From: Fimicolochytrium jonesii | Lineage: Eukaryota | NCBI RefSeq assembly: GCF_025526975.1 | Contig: NW_026515682.1 | Coordinates: forward strand, 1-64,000 | Length of the DNA: 64,000 nt | Reading direction: 5' to 3' | Part shown: in pieces, positions 9,489 through 22,227 of the stretch | Layout of the letters: the number at the start of each line of letters is the position of its first letter | Numbering within the stretch: the stretch's first letter is position 1 | Position numbers and translations under genes: made by a program | Notes under the pieces: model-generated | Databases searched by the model: none | Told to the model about the DNA's origin: nothing | What the model saw: only the letters and a program-made list of their open reading frames with translations

Positions 9489-12018
9489 ATGTCCCGACGG
9501 CCTCAAGAGAAACGGGCCTCCACCTTATCCTCCTCCACAGCGCCAACAGATGGCTTCTCCACGCCTACTGGAACGCCATCTGAAATAACCCGTAGAGCCT
9601 ACTTTCCTGTTGTGGGAGTGCATTCCGCAAGTGCATCGACCGAAGGGGAAAGTTCTACGGAGGGTCATCGTCAGAGGGCCACATCGACCGGAACTGAGGC
9701 CCCTCTTCTACCTTCGGCGATATCAGAAGGCGGTGGGTCTGAGGCACCGGCACCCGCCTGGCAATCGGACTATTCGATTGTTGCAATGCCAACGGGTAGT
9801 ACGTCTGAGTTGAACCTACTGGGGAACACAAACACAAATCCCACCCTCTCCCCTGGTCACAAGTCGAATTGGAGGGAAACAAAGGAAAAGCTTCATCGAA
9901 ACTTCAAAGTCAACAGCGCTGGAGCTCAGGTGGCGTTTACAATAGTACTCGTGGCTTTGTTTACCCTTATCAATCCGTTGCAAGACGCCGCGCCGACGAA
10001 TACGCTATATCTACCGATCGCAGCGATAGTCGTCGCTTCCCGTAAGTGCTATGGCAGGCGATAGCGCACTTGAACGAGAAATGCACTTTCTGAACCCGTT
10101 TCCCATCAGCAAATCAAACCATATCCGTACGACTATATACCCAGCGCCTCATTGGCGTGTTTGTAGCAGGATGTGCAGCATTAGCTGTATTAGGGTTGGA
10201 CGCTGTCATCCCACCGAAAAGCTGCATAGATTGTGCATGGAAACCCTACGCCGTTGGCATCATATTATTTGCCTTCATTTACGGCTCTGTCAGCATTCGG
10301 GAAAGCGTTCCCGGGCAGGCCTACACCTCGAAGCTTACCGACCTAACGTTCATCATCACTCTGGTACGTAGCTGGCAAACCATGGCTTTTCAGGACGACG
10401 GAAACTGATGGCCGCCACCTTAGCTAGGAGCTTATGATGACCTGAAAAAGAATCCCGATAGCGCGAGATACGCACCGCCACTGGGCCGAATGGCTAGCAT
10501 GGTCTTTGGCTTGCTGCTGACTATGTTTGGGGCATCGGTGTTCTGGCCGGTTCGCGTCAATCTTGTCCATAGGATCACCGCTGGGAATCTTTTCAAGGAC
10601 ATGGCGTCCTATTTCAAGGATCTAGTGGAGCAAGGGTAACTTCCTTTCACATCGTACTTTGTGTGTGAGCTATCAACTGACTTTGAGAGCGTCTCAGTTA
10701 CGTTCGGGAATTGCCCGAGATGTTGACGCTATACACGAGGCCGCGCATGTACTCCAAACGAACGGATACGACCGAAAGCATCGCGGTGGCAGGGGGTATG
10801 GACGTGATTGGGTCGGAAGAAGCCGCTGCGGCGCCACGACTGAAAGTCCGTGAAAATGGCACTCCCCGATTTACGAAAGGAAGTAGCATGGCATGGCTTC
10901 TGGGTAGGCCGGAACCTCATGATGTGGAGCACGGCAACCAAGATGTGGAAGAGATCAACACCGATGCCCCAGAAGAAACCAAATCGCCGTGGGAAAGGGC
11001 GCTCGATGATGTTCTGAAGGATGATGACCACGACCCGAACGACATTGTGCTGCAGTTTCATCAGAAGACCCACCCCATAGCTGTGGGCATTATCAGGACG
11101 TTGGAGAAGGAGAGAGCGCGTTTGGAGGCTTCTTATCAAGTTGAAGTCAGGTTGCATCAAAAACCTCATTTTGTTCCCGTAGCTCCCCTGACACAAGTAA
11201 TAAGACGTCTTAGGTATGGATTGAGACGTTGAGTGAAACATCGGCACTCTACGCTAGGAAGATGGTGCTAACACAGCCTTATCTATAGGCTACTATTCTA
11301 TCAGCTCAGCGGCTTATACAGCGATCGCCTCATCACTCTCCGCGCACTCTCTCCACGATTTCTGGATTCCTCATACATCACCGAAAACACCGCTTTGTCC
11401 GAATGGGTTGCAGTATGGATGCAAGACGCGACGTCTATGATCAAACTCATGCACGCCCGCTCGCAGCAAGCCGAAGGTGGCACCGCTTTCAGCATGCAAA
11501 AGTACTCGCTGTCACTGTGCAATGCGTTGACGGATATAGGGGAGATTGTGCTGCTTACCACAGTGCAAGGGGCTCGAGTGATTGGAAGCGCGGAACTTGC
11601 CGCGCGGCTAGCGGTCACAGTTAACGAATTGGTCGCGAGACGGCATTTCCTGGAAGCGGAGCTGTTGGCGATGCGGAAACAGTTGATCGATGGTCCCCCG
11701 CTTGTCTTTCCTCGTCTTCGCGACGAGACACACGAACAACCGGAGCTGGGCGCGGGACCATCAGCGACCTCAGCCCGTCCCCAATTCCAGTCACAGCCAA
11801 GCGAAGGTCATGGGAGCCGAGTCTTTGGACACCAGCAACCGTCAAGCTCGAGGGCGTTCCCGCCAGCGCCGGAGCTTGGGAATGTGGCGGCCGCGCAGGC
11901 GGAGAACCAAGCCATTCTCGCCTTTCAATACTCGACGTACATCCATGTGTGGGAAATCACCGAAGTCGTTCTGTCATCCGCGCGGGCCGTTGGGAAACTC
12001 ATCAAGGTGTACAGCTAG
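9489..12018 (+). CDS. Multi-exon membrane protein, probable ALMT/FUSC (aromatic acid exporter-like) family
   Basis: Low-complexity N-terminus, about 6 hydrophobic helices (AAIVVASP, QRLIG, LTFIITL, RMASMVFG..VFWPV), then a long helical C-terminal domain. Four GT-AG introns near 10042, 10364, 10636 and 11214. Confidence 0.6.
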
Positions 12019-12248
12019 CTCGTGTGAACCGCCCAAGCCGCTGCGTTCTCAGCGTTGTGCATACTATACCAACAGGCTTCTTTGCTGTGATCTGGTAATT
12101 CTGTATCTCATAGTTTGTAAATATACCACCGCCATTCTTTTTGGACCTTCGCACACTCGGCACGCGGAATCTGATAAAGTCCTTTGATGAAGTCCTTGCC
12201 CCAGTGGGAGCTGTATTCAAAATAAAGATATCAAGCATGTGTCCGCCG

Positions 12249-12329
12249 TCTACACAAGAATGTCCCTGGCTACTCCAAAAAAAACCTCTACACAAGAATG
12301 TCCCTGGCTACTCCAAAAAAAACGTCTAC
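12249..12329. repeat. 38-bp tandem duplication between two convergent genes
   Basis: TCTACACAAGAATGTCCCTGGCTACTCCAAAAAAAAC(C/G) twice, plus TCTAC. Confidence 0.9.
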
Positions 12330-12442
12330 CTCGACGAAATCAAAAAAGGGCATCCGAAAGGACATCGACCAATACCCCTCCTAACGCGTAAGTCCTCCTA
12401 ATCGCAAGTCGTCCCAAAGACTGCTATTCTATGCTACTCTGC

Positions 12443-13972
12443 CTATTGCTCGACAAACGGCGGCAAGCTAAGCTGACATTGATACCGTTCCCGAATGACC
12501 CCACTCGCCACGCCGATTCTGATGGAGCGGCCACCAAGTCTTGAATAAACCTTGCATGTTTTGGTTGACGGTTCATAGAGGAACGCGAGGCATCTGGGCT
12601 TCTCTACGCAGAGGAGGATGCAAGATGGAATGTTCTTCACATTCAGTTCCGCCGCCAGCGAATCTCCGTCCCAGGCTATACTGTCGCGGATATCCTTTTT
12701 GCCTTCCATGACGATGCGATAATTGTTGATGATCGTTTTTTGCGCGGTCGATGCCGTCGTGTCTTCTGTTGCATTGTACCAATAGCGACCGCCTATGACC
12801 GTCTCGGGGCGGAACAGTTGAAATTCCATGAGGTCGGCAAATGTCGTCCGGCCCCATCCGCCCCATGATGGTCCGGCTTTCGTTTCCTCGCTAGCCGCAG
12901 TGGGTGCTGTATGGGGTTTCCGGATAGGATCCGTAGCCATTTCCGCGTCGAAGGCGTCTTGAACGTCATGTTCGCGCATGCGGTGGGCCGTGACTGGCGA
13001 ACGACACGGGTCTTCCGCCCAAATAAACTCTGGGGGGTCAACGCCGGGTTGATTGAAACGCGGCGAGCCGGCTCTCCAATCGTGCATGAAGAATCCAAAT
13101 GGATGATCCACATCAGGAGGGGCGACTCCCAAGTAAGCCAGACATGCCCCAATGGCCTGGTCCCCTGTCAGACAAGTGGCGGTCCTCTCAGCGCACTCTT
13201 GCTGGGCGGGTAGAAACTCGCGGAAAGCACCGCGAGAGACGAGGATGCCCCCACCACCTTGTATAAAGCGATGGGCTGGAGTAGGACGTGAGGCGCCGAC
13301 CATTTTACAGCCTCCACCATAAAACGCCCATCCAAGCTGGTAGGGAATGGAGGCGTTGATGGGAGCGAGAAAGGCAAGAAGATTTTCGGCGAAGATATAA
13401 GTGTCATCGTCGATAATGAAGTACCAGTCCTTGTCAGGAAACAAGGACCATGCTAACCCATATCCCCCGACGTATTTCGGCGCATCCTTTGCCCACCCGC
13501 TCAGCCACGGTTTCGGGTGTGGGAAAGCATGGATAGTAGCGGTTCCCAACCTCCCGGGCGCATCCGATACATAGACGACATTCCTGAAGCGGGGCAGGAA
13601 TGTCGTCACTTGCTGAAGGAGACGCTCGTTCATCGTTTCCTTGCCAGTCTTTGCTATTATGACAACGTGGTCTAGGCGCGGGTCTGGGAATATTTGCGAA
13701 GACAAGGGACATGACGCGGCGACAGCTGGCGGTTGAGGCAAGGGAGGAGGCGAGGGAGCAGGGAATGCAGGAGGCGGTACTAGAGGCGAGGCTGGAGGCG
13801 TGACTGGAGGCGAGGAGAGCAAAACGCTTGAGTTGCTTCGTTGCCCGCTGAATGTTTGAGTGAAGTGGACCGTCTTGCCGCGATTGAGCCTGGGGGCCGA
13901 GAACGAGTAGATGAGGGAGCAAGCGACGAGGGCGAACAAGGTCACCGCGAGAGCTCTCTGCGAAACCGGCAT
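12443..13972 (-). CDS. GT31 (Fringe/core-1 galactosyltransferase-like) glycosyltransferase with C-terminal PAN/apple-like domain
   Basis: 509 aa, single exon. N-terminal signal anchor, Pro-rich stem, WYFIIDDDTYI, GGGGILVS, GDQAIGACL. C-terminal CILLC..RCLAFLY..TCKVY. Confidence 0.85.
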   Translation of the reverse strand: MPVSQRALAVTLFALVACSLIYSFSAPRLNRGKTVHFTQTFSGQRSNSSVLLSSPPVTPPASPLVPPPAFPAPSPPPLPQPPAVAASCPLSSQIFPDPRLDHVVIIAKTGKETMNERLLQQVTTFLPRFRNVVYVSDAPGRLGTATIHAFPHPKPWLSGWAKDAPKYVGGYGLAWSLFPDKDWYFIIDDDTYIFAENLLAFLAPINASIPYQLGWAFYGGGCKMVGASRPTPAHRFIQGGGGILVSRGAFREFLPAQQECAERTATCLTGDQAIGACLAYLGVAPPDVDHPFGFFMHDWRAGSPRFNQPGVDPPEFIWAEDPCRSPVTAHRMREHDVQDAFDAEMATDPIRKPHTAPTAASEETKAGPSWGGWGRTTFADLMEFQLFRPETVIGGRYWYNATEDTTASTAQKTIINNYRIVMEGKKDIRDSIAWDGDSLAAELNVKNIPSCILLCVEKPRCLAFLYEPSTKTCKVYSRLGGRSIRIGVASGVIRERYQCQLSLPPFVEQ

Positions 13973-14865
13973 CCTTTGGTGTGGTGACGGAAAGCTTCTC
14001 TCACTTTCTCTCGCTTGCTGCCGGTGGAGTAGATAGGACTGATACGGCGTTCATGTTTCTACCATCTTCCCCATAGACGCAAGGCTTCAAGGCCGCAGGT
14101 GGGCGCCCTTTGTGAAGCCCTCGAACCTTCGGTCACGGGTTTACCTCAAGTTAAAATCAAAGCGTCCTGCGAGTCCTGCGATGCAGAAAGGAGGGGGTTC
14201 GTTGCGGCGCCCGTTTCACGGCGGGCCAGATTCCATGGAACATACAGTAACGGCTCTGGGCGCACGGAGATTCAACCAACTACATAGGTTCGCTCTCACA
14301 TTTGTGCACGCTAGCGACCCTCAGAACGCAACTTTCGCCACTGACAGCGGTTGGTCACACAGAGTGCAACTTGCGAGTTGCACGCTGCAGCAGACCCATT
14401 TCGCCGAGATGCATCTTACTACTTATTGCTGCTGAGACGCATGGTAGCCTAGAAAGGCCTTGTGGTGCTTGCCTACCGGAAGCATCATTGCAGATGGCGA
14501 ATTTACGATTATTTCTGGGTTGAGTGCTGTGGTTAAGGGGAGTTAGGGTTAGAGCATGCTCGCTTCAACTCGCTTGCACATGCCAGCTTGATGGCTCACG
14601 CGGCAATGCGGCGTCGGAACAATAAGGCCGGCCCAAGAATAGCAAGAAACGCCGACGAACAGACAGTCAGAAGGTCAGCGAATTCCACGTATTATACGTC
14701 CTCTTCTGATACCTCCCGTTTTGGTGCCGCCCGGTGCGTGTGCTTGGCGGTATATACGGGCCAGGGTGGAAGTTTCGGGTCCTCTTCGAACGGAAACTTC
14801 TACAATTTCGAACTCCGCAATTCTTAATTTCGACATCTTTTCCACATAAATCTTCTTGCTCACAT

Positions 14866-16704
14866 ATGAGCGCATTGTTTGACTCAAACGCAGTACTGCT
14901 CACTGGGTTGGCTGCAGCATGGTGTCTAGAGTATCCCGAAGCGGATCCTCACTCAACCTTCGGTGACCTCGAATTCGACCTCGATGACCACGGCGCCTCG
15001 CAGCATGACGCGCAAGGCTCAACGGCAGCCCCGGTCGGGATGCTAAAGCGGACGCTCTCGAAGTTGAGTATACGGTCGCTTACCTCGCCTTCCCCAAAGT
15101 CGCCCGAACCTGCGCCCTCAACCGCTTTGGTTCCCGCAACCGCGCCCTGCGCGACTGTTTTGCAAACAACGTGGGACGAATTGGCGGTGATGGCTGCCTT
15201 TGGTTCGCATCAAGTGCAAACACTGGCAAACGGGATAATGGACGTCGCAACAACCGGAGCTGCCAGGCCTTCATGGAACAAAGCAATGCATATCGGCGTA
15301 TATTTAGTCCGCTCTAATTTCGCCTTCAACGGCATTTCGATTCCGCGTTTGCGATTATGGTCTGGGCGCGTAGGTGCCGGCGCATCAAGCTTGCCGCATG
15401 GTGTGCAGGCAAAAGAGGTCACTTTCACGGTCGACCGTGACCAGCTGATGACATTTGAGGACCAGGGGGCCGAGTGGAGGAAAGGAAAGCAGGCGGAAAG
15501 ATATCCGACGGTTCTCCCAGAGAATGCAAAGAAATGGGATGCCGCTAGCCGTGTGTATGACCTAAAAGGAGAGTGGATCGAGTACGACGACAAGATACCA
15601 CCACCGCGTGACGAATTATTCGGATTCAGACGGTGGGCTGGCTCATGGATCCGTCGCCAACCGAAAGAAGAACCATCGCAAACCCCCACACCACCACCAG
15701 AACGAGAACGCCGCGATAAAGTCATCTACTTCCTCCATGGTGGAGCATATATTGGCGGCACCACGCAATTGTACCGTCTCCTCTCTGGGCGTCTAGCCAA
15801 GGAGACGAACTGCAAGGTCTTCGCACTCGATTACCGCCTAGCACCTGAGCACGCCTTCCCTGCTGCCCTCCACGACGCGTTCACGGGCTATCTTTACATG
15901 ATCAACCCCCAACATTCCTGTTTCAAGCATCTAAACCCGGCACATGATCCAATAGATCCCAAAGACATCATACTGATGGGCGACTCGGCCGGTGGAGGCC
16001 TCGTAATGTGTCTCTTGAATTACCTCAACCTGTACCTCCGGTCTCCCACGGGTCAGCACCTTGTGCCGCTACCAAGCGGTGCTGCGCTGATGAGTCCATG
16101 GGTCGATCTCGCTTTTACGTCCGAATCGTGGTCCACCAATGCTACGTTCGACTGGTTACCCTCCAACGCTCGACAGATACATGATCACATCGTTCCTGGT
16201 GTCCCTCATCCTGTGTACATGTACTTGTACGGCGAAGACTCGCCGAATCCTCCGACCGATCTCATCGGGTTGTATCCGTCCAACCCTCTGGATTCAGAAG
16301 ACGCGTCTGAAGTGGATTCGACATGCGCCGCGCAGTTCATCCGCGATCGAGTAGAACAGTTCGTGCGGCACCCTCTGGTTTCGCCCATCTTTGCCGAAAC
16401 GTACGCAGGCTTGCCGCCCATCCTCATTCAAGCGGGCGAAGCTGAAGTCCTGCGAGACGATTCGCTTGCATTGGCGTTCAAGTACGACCGGGACAACGTG
16501 GGGAGGCACGGGTTCAAAGGCTGGGTGCGCCACGAGATGTTTACAGACATGGTGCATATCTTTGTGATGATGAGCTGGACGAAGGAGAGCACGTCGGCCA
16601 TGCAGCGCATCAATTATTTCCTGGACGAGTTGGAAGTCGGACACCCACTAGAACCAATCTGTGTTGAGGACGACGTAACCGTGGATTCACACGTGTCACT
16701 TTAG
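14866..16704 (+). CDS. Alpha/beta hydrolase, hormone-sensitive-lipase family esterase
   Basis: FLHGGAY, DYRLAPEH, GDSAGG, EVLRDD, MVHIF. First in-frame ATG is at 14866. Confidence 0.9.
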   Translation: MSALFDSNAVLLTGLAAAWCLEYPEADPHSTFGDLEFDLDDHGASQHDAQGSTAAPVGMLKRTLSKLSIRSLTSPSPKSPEPAPSTALVPATAPCATVLQTTWDELAVMAAFGSHQVQTLANGIMDVATTGAARPSWNKAMHIGVYLVRSNFAFNGISIPRLRLWSGRVGAGASSLPHGVQAKEVTFTVDRDQLMTFEDQGAEWRKGKQAERYPTVLPENAKKWDAASRVYDLKGEWIEYDDKIPPPRDELFGFRRWAGSWIRRQPKEEPSQTPTPPPERERRDKVIYFLHGGAYIGGTTQLYRLLSGRLAKETNCKVFALDYRLAPEHAFPAALHDAFTGYLYMINPQHSCFKHLNPAHDPIDPKDIILMGDSAGGGLVMCLLNYLNLYLRSPTGQHLVPLPSGAALMSPWVDLAFTSESWSTNATFDWLPSNARQIHDHIVPGVPHPVYMYLYGEDSPNPPTDLIGLYPSNPLDSEDASEVDSTCAAQFIRDRVEQFVRHPLVSPIFAETYAGLPPILIQAGEAEVLRDDSLALAFKYDRDNVGRHGFKGWVRHEMFTDMVHIFVMMSWTKESTSAMQRINYFLDELEVGHPLEPICVEDDVTVDSHVSL

Positions 16705-16975
16705 AGGCGAACGATGAACTAGCGTACTACGTGATTCTATAGCTTATAGTTATAGTATAGCAGTTTGACGTGACAGCCTCCGTAGTAGTTGATGATCGAT
16801 TTGGGATGATAGTGATATTTAATGTTCATGATATCCAACCTATTCTGGATATGTCTACTCGAATGCTCTACCGGAATGCTACATGTACAGATGACACTAT
16901 GTACTCGGTTCCAATGACATCAAATGTATATACGAGTAAGGTGGGAATGCAAGGTGATGAGGAAGGAAGTACTCC

Positions 16976-18757
16976 TCACTTCTTCTTCGGGGCCGTCACC
17001 TGGCCAGCCTTGAAATCTGTTGACGGCATGAATGAGTATCCATCCAACCGCAGTTGCGAACGCACAATTTTGAAACTTACAAAGGATATCGCCGTCTTGC
17101 ACAACGTAGTCCTTGCCCTTCTGGACGTATTTACCACCGGCCTTCACGGCGGCGTCGGATCCCAACTCCTTCAGGTCATCGTATCGCATCACTTCTGCCA
17201 TGATGAAAGCCTAACGTGTATATATCGCAGTGAGCCACTCTGTGAAGCTGCACGGGCAACCTGACTCTGGAGCGAACGTAAGACTCAGGTGACGCTTCTT
17301 ACCTTTTCGAAATCTGTGTGGATTGTTCCGGCAGCTTGGGGTGCCTTGGTGTTCTTGCGAATCGTCCAGGCACGCACTTCATCCGGTCCGCCAGTGAAGA
17401 CTATAACGACAGCAACACAAGAACAGAGTCAGAACACATAGTAATGGAGGGGAAACACGACCCAAATTGAATCGCGGCCGTTGGGAAAGCCTTACAATAG
17501 ATTAGGCCCAGCGCATTGTATCCAGCAACGATGATCTTGTTGAAGACGGAGGTGACCGGGGCGGCGAGCTCGTGCTTTGTCTGAAGGTCCTTGAGGTACT
17601 CGAGCCTCTGCGCTGGCTCCAATTCGGTGAGCTTCTGCTCCATAACACCAGAGTACGGGATGAGGATGTCTCCGGGATGGTTAGTGTCGATCCACTGCTT
17701 GATCTTGGGAAGCCATTTGTTCTTCTTTCTTGCGTAGTCACGCTCGCTCAAGTTGCACTAAATCATGAAGTCCATGTGCTCCGTCAGTCATCCCACTGAG
17801 CTCTAAGAAAAGCGGTAGTTGCCCCTCCATTACCAGGTAAACCACGGGCTTTGCCGTAATGAGCTGCAGAGAGTTGATAATCTCTATTTCCTTCCCGCTC
17901 CAGTCGCCATCTCGGACATCCTTCTTGGACTCGACAACCCATTTGTAGACCTTCTCTACAATGTCACACTCCTCCTTCTTTGCCTTGTCGGCAGCACCGC
18001 CACCCTTGCCGATACGGCGGACATCCTTTTGCCTGGCGTCAAGCTGCTTCGTCAGGAACTCTTCGTCTTTGAGACGGAGTTCCTCGTGGATGATAGCGAG
18101 ATCGCGGACCTGCAAGAACGCGCGTTATGAGAGATTCGCCCAGGGCCTTTTTCATCCGATAAGCAGCACGGCGCTCATACCGGGTCAAGGTCGCCCTCAA
18201 CGTGAATGACATCGGCGTCATCGAAAGCACGAACTAGATGGAAGATTCCATCGACGGCGCGGATGTGACTCAAGAAAGCGTTGCCGAGCCCCTGTCCTTC
18301 AGCAGCGCCCTTCACAAGTCCAGCAATGTCTGGAAAAACACGGACAAACGAAGTCAGCACCGGTGACTCGGAGGCATATGGAGCCCGCCATGCCGCCATG
18401 CAGGATACACACCGGTGACAGTCAGAAAAGCAGGGACTTTGTTCGCAGGTTTGTAGTGCTCGCAGAGCCAGTCGAAGCGAGGGTCCTCAACCTGAGCTCG
18501 TGCTTCTGACGGGTCAATTGTGCAGAAAGGGTAGTTCTACGAGCAAAACAGTACTATCGTGAACAAAAGCGACCATAATCGGAAAGATTCTGCAATAATC
18601 GAGCGGCGCTCACCTCAGCAGACACCACGGAGTTGGTCAAGGCGTTGAAGAATGAACTTTTTCCAACATTTGGTAAACCCACAATACCCATTTTCAGATT
18701 ATTGCCGGGTCTGCCCAGCAGGGGCTTCTCGACGGCCACTTGCTTCTTGGGAGGCAT
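16976..18757 (-). CDS. OLA1: Obg-like ATPase 1 (YchF family), multi-exon
   Basis: [41 protein letters not shown]-terminal TGS region [10 protein letters not shown]. About 7 introns. Confidence 0.96.
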
Positions 18758-19217
18758 CCTTGCTCGTTAACTGCTGCGAATGACTCGGTGAAATGGACAG
18801 ATCAACGCTTGAGGCCGAGGTCGGGCGAGAAGAGAGGTGGCCCAAACTTTCGAGCGTGAAATGTAAAAATTAAACCTTTAAGCCTTAAGCCTTGAGGTCA
18901 GTAAGGATTGGCCGACGTTTCGTACGCATGACGATCGCCCCATCTTTTCTGCTGGCGAATTCCTAAAGCAACTGGCATGGTGCAGGCTCTAGTAACCATA
19001 CACGGAGATCTTGGACTTGCATGTCATGCTCCTAGTCATGGTGCCATGGCCGAGATGTCGATGATCGAGAAGAACGCGTTGCTCGTCAGAACAACGGGGT
19101 CCCCCAAGATCATTTCCTTCACGCTAAGAGAATCTCACAGACGTACAGTATATTAAGGATATATAGAGTCTGGGAAGGGTTGGGCTAATAGTGCAGATAC
19201 CTGAAACGTGGAGCTCA

Positions 19218-22200
19218 ATGGAGCCAGCCGTGGACTCGTTCCAGTCGGTCTTGACGCCTCCATGCCTATCCTCCTCGTACACGTCGACCAGGTCGCCAAC
19301 GCTCACAACGACGAACAACTCGGATACCAGATCCTCATGCCCACTGACCTCCAGCGGATTCTCCTGCTCCGTGAATGACTTGGAGTCCTTTGATCCCTCA
19401 ACTTCAAGCGCTTATCCATCGACGCAGGTTTCGCAGTTGAGAAGGGATAGGCTAGACGCTCGGCCCGTGGAGCGTGCAGTCGGACCTACGAACACCGCCG
19501 ACATCAGGCCGGTCCTTTCAGGCACGGGCCATATTGCAGCTGAGGCTGTTCGAAGTAGGATTTCGCATACCGAAGTGAGACTTGCACAGCCGTCGAAAGA
19601 AGGGACCGCGGGCACCAGCAGCAGGGAGGATGTTGATCAGGAGAGTCGGTTGGAGGAGGTTGTGCCGTTGCGTCAACAAAAATCCGGTGGGCAGGCCACG
19701 AATGTCGACTCGGAAGCATCGAATGCATTTGGAAAGGGTCAACATGCAGCACCGACTAGGGCTCTGCACCTTTCCACAGTACCCGTCAGCCAGCGAAAGA
19801 GTGATGTGACGAGGGAAACAGCAAACTTCGGCAAGCGAAGCATGGACGGTAGGTGGGTCTCACTTTGAGAAGATGCTCAGTGCTCTCGGCAAAATCTCAC
19901 ACCTGCCGTCATGAACCCAGGGGCTTCGATGTTGAAGTCGGAGCGAACAATGTCCCGCAAGGATGGTATGGTTTTCAGTATAGCCGTCTTCCCTTCCACG
20001 ATAAAGTTCTTAAAAGCTGCTTCTCTACTTTCGGGCGCAGATGTGTCCACTGGCATTCGTCCGAGGGGGGATCTAGGAACGCAAACATCATACAATTCCG
20101 AACCGCCTTGCCGCATAGAGCGCGTCAAAGTCGCAGACAAATCCTCGCAAACCCTGAAACCAAATTTCAATCTGGAGATGGAGAAGGACTCTATGATCAT
20201 CGCGCAGAACACTCAGATCAAGGCATTGAGAGTGAAAGTCGCGGAAGCGACGGTAAGAAGGCTTGGCCATCGAGATCTGAGGCCCGTGAAGAAGCTCACT
20301 GCTCTTCAAATTGAGAACAGACGCATATCACAAAACTCCAACGGTCGAACGAACGAATCAGATCAGATTTATCGGCAGCCCAGAGGGATTTGGAAGTGTT
20401 GCACACCGCACATACGATCACTACGGAGCAATTGCAGGGGGCCAATGGCGAGAACGATCGCTTGACCGATGTTCTTCGGGATCATGAAGACAAAAGCCGA
20501 GAGTATGAAGAAGAAATTCTCCGACTACACAAGGCTGAGGTGAAAATCATCTAGTTCACGATCGGATGAGACCAATGTGCTGACATTCATGTCGTCTTCC
20601 AGCGAGATCACCAAGCGAAGTATGCCGCTTTGGAAGCGAAATATGCACAGAGCAAAGCCATCCACGATCAAGTCAATGCCACCGCCGAGAAGAATGTGGA
20701 ATACCTGAAGTCTCTCTTGACAAAGGTATTGGATGAACCCGTGGTGTCTTCAAGCGCACGCAGCTGCTAGTGGGCAATCGCTCTTAACCGTCATCGGATA
20801 CTTATCAATCCTGTCTGTCAACCATAGGTTTTCGATAGCCCTATCAGCACTGAACAGGATCGCGAGAACGGAACCTCGGGGCATTCGGATAGGGGTGAGT
20901 CTCAAGGAGAACCTCGCCAGACCGATCCGAAGTCAGGATGCAGACATCTGGCTTCGGTCGAAGTAGACCGATTCCAAACCCGCGTCAAGGAGCTCCTGGA
21001 CACTGTCAGACGATTGGAGGAGACTGCCAGGCGATTGGAGTACGAAAAAGAGACAATCGAGGAGCGCGAAAATGAAAAGCTTCAAAAAATGGTCGGTGAA
21101 CCGCCGACGCTGCCTTTCCGTCATACTTCGAACTTTGCTGATCATCAAGCGTCTCCAGGATCAGTCTCTGAGATTGGAGATGATTGCGCATGATAGGACC
21201 AAATCGCAAATGCAAACTACAAGAGAAGCTTTGAAAACTTTCAAGGCTCAACTGGTTCAAGCTGTAAGCACAAACGCCGACCGGTTAGGCCAGGTAGACT
21301 TCGTCATGGCCCGACCCTTACCGCCCCTTGTCCTTGCAGAATGGATCCATCGATACACTTACAGCTTCGAACAAAACACTGGAGTCTTCGTACCAGAACC
21401 TGCAACGGGTACACACGCAACGCAAAAACTATGCGTCGTCCCTGCAACGGCAAATCGAGGATCTTCAAACTCGACTCAAAAAGATCTCAGCGACTCACGA
21501 AGAAGAGATGGCTAAAACAGTCCGGCAGCTCAACCAGAAATGGCGAGTGGACATGAAGCGCCAGAAAGAAGCGCTGGAGTACAAACTTCTGAAGGTTGAT
21601 GAAAAGCCGAAACCCATTGTGCCGGAGGTTGAAGATCTAGATGCGGACTTCAAACCGCGAGTGACGAAGAAGCCGGTGACTGATAGGTCGACTCAAATTA
21701 TCAACGCATTTGAGCGTGCAATCAAGACCTGGGTGTGGGCGAAGGTGGAGGGACATCCGATACGGCCTGAATCGATTACCCCTGGGCGGCCGCGAATTCC
21801 GCCCGTGCCGATGCATTTTCAGCAGCCAGAAGAAGATCCGCAGATGTTGGAACGGTTGGATCAGATATCTAGAACGGTAAATACTCCTGGACGATGCGAC
21901 GTCACCATCCTAGTGGCAAGTCGCTAATGAGTGTCAAGTAGATCTTAAACATTGACTACCATTCGATTCTATCGCCACCACCATCTCCCTCCGGAATCGG
22001 AGGCCCGTGGGATCCATCACGGGCGGCAGATGACGAAGCTATCGTGCATACGCATAGGTTTCGAAAGTGGTAAGGTGTCTGAAGATGCAAAGCACATGAT
22101 CGAATGTGTCTCCCGAGCCCTTTTCTGATGCTCTTCCCGTCGCAGTCTGGAGAGGCCAGTGTTTGAGGATGATCTTGTGGAATACTTTTGCGACCTATGG

Positions 22201-22227
22201 GTTCAACTGCACAATCGAGGACGGTGA
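19218..22227 (+). CDS. Multi-exon hypothetical protein, disordered N-terminus plus coiled coil
   Basis: ORF segments separated by short GT-AG introns. Heptad-rich E/K/Q/L segments from about 20170 to 21600. Start and end are tentative. Confidence 0.6.

Noticed and set aside
12249..12329. CRISPR-like 38-bp repeats
   Set aside because: The copies are adjacent with no spacer, there are no cas genes, and the context is eukaryotic.
14364..14383. 8-bp hairpin GTGCAACT-TGCG-AGTTGCAC and neighbouring stems as an ncRNA
   Set aside because: No tRNA, snRNA or snoRNA hallmarks were recognised; such stems are expected by chance.
14531..14553. Telomere-like GTTAGGGTTAG
   Set aside because: Fewer than two full units, and internal.
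14734..14865. GTG-started N-terminal extension of the HSL esterase
   Set aside because: Eukaryotic gene; this AT-richer stretch looks like 5'UTR and the ATG at 14866 is preferred.
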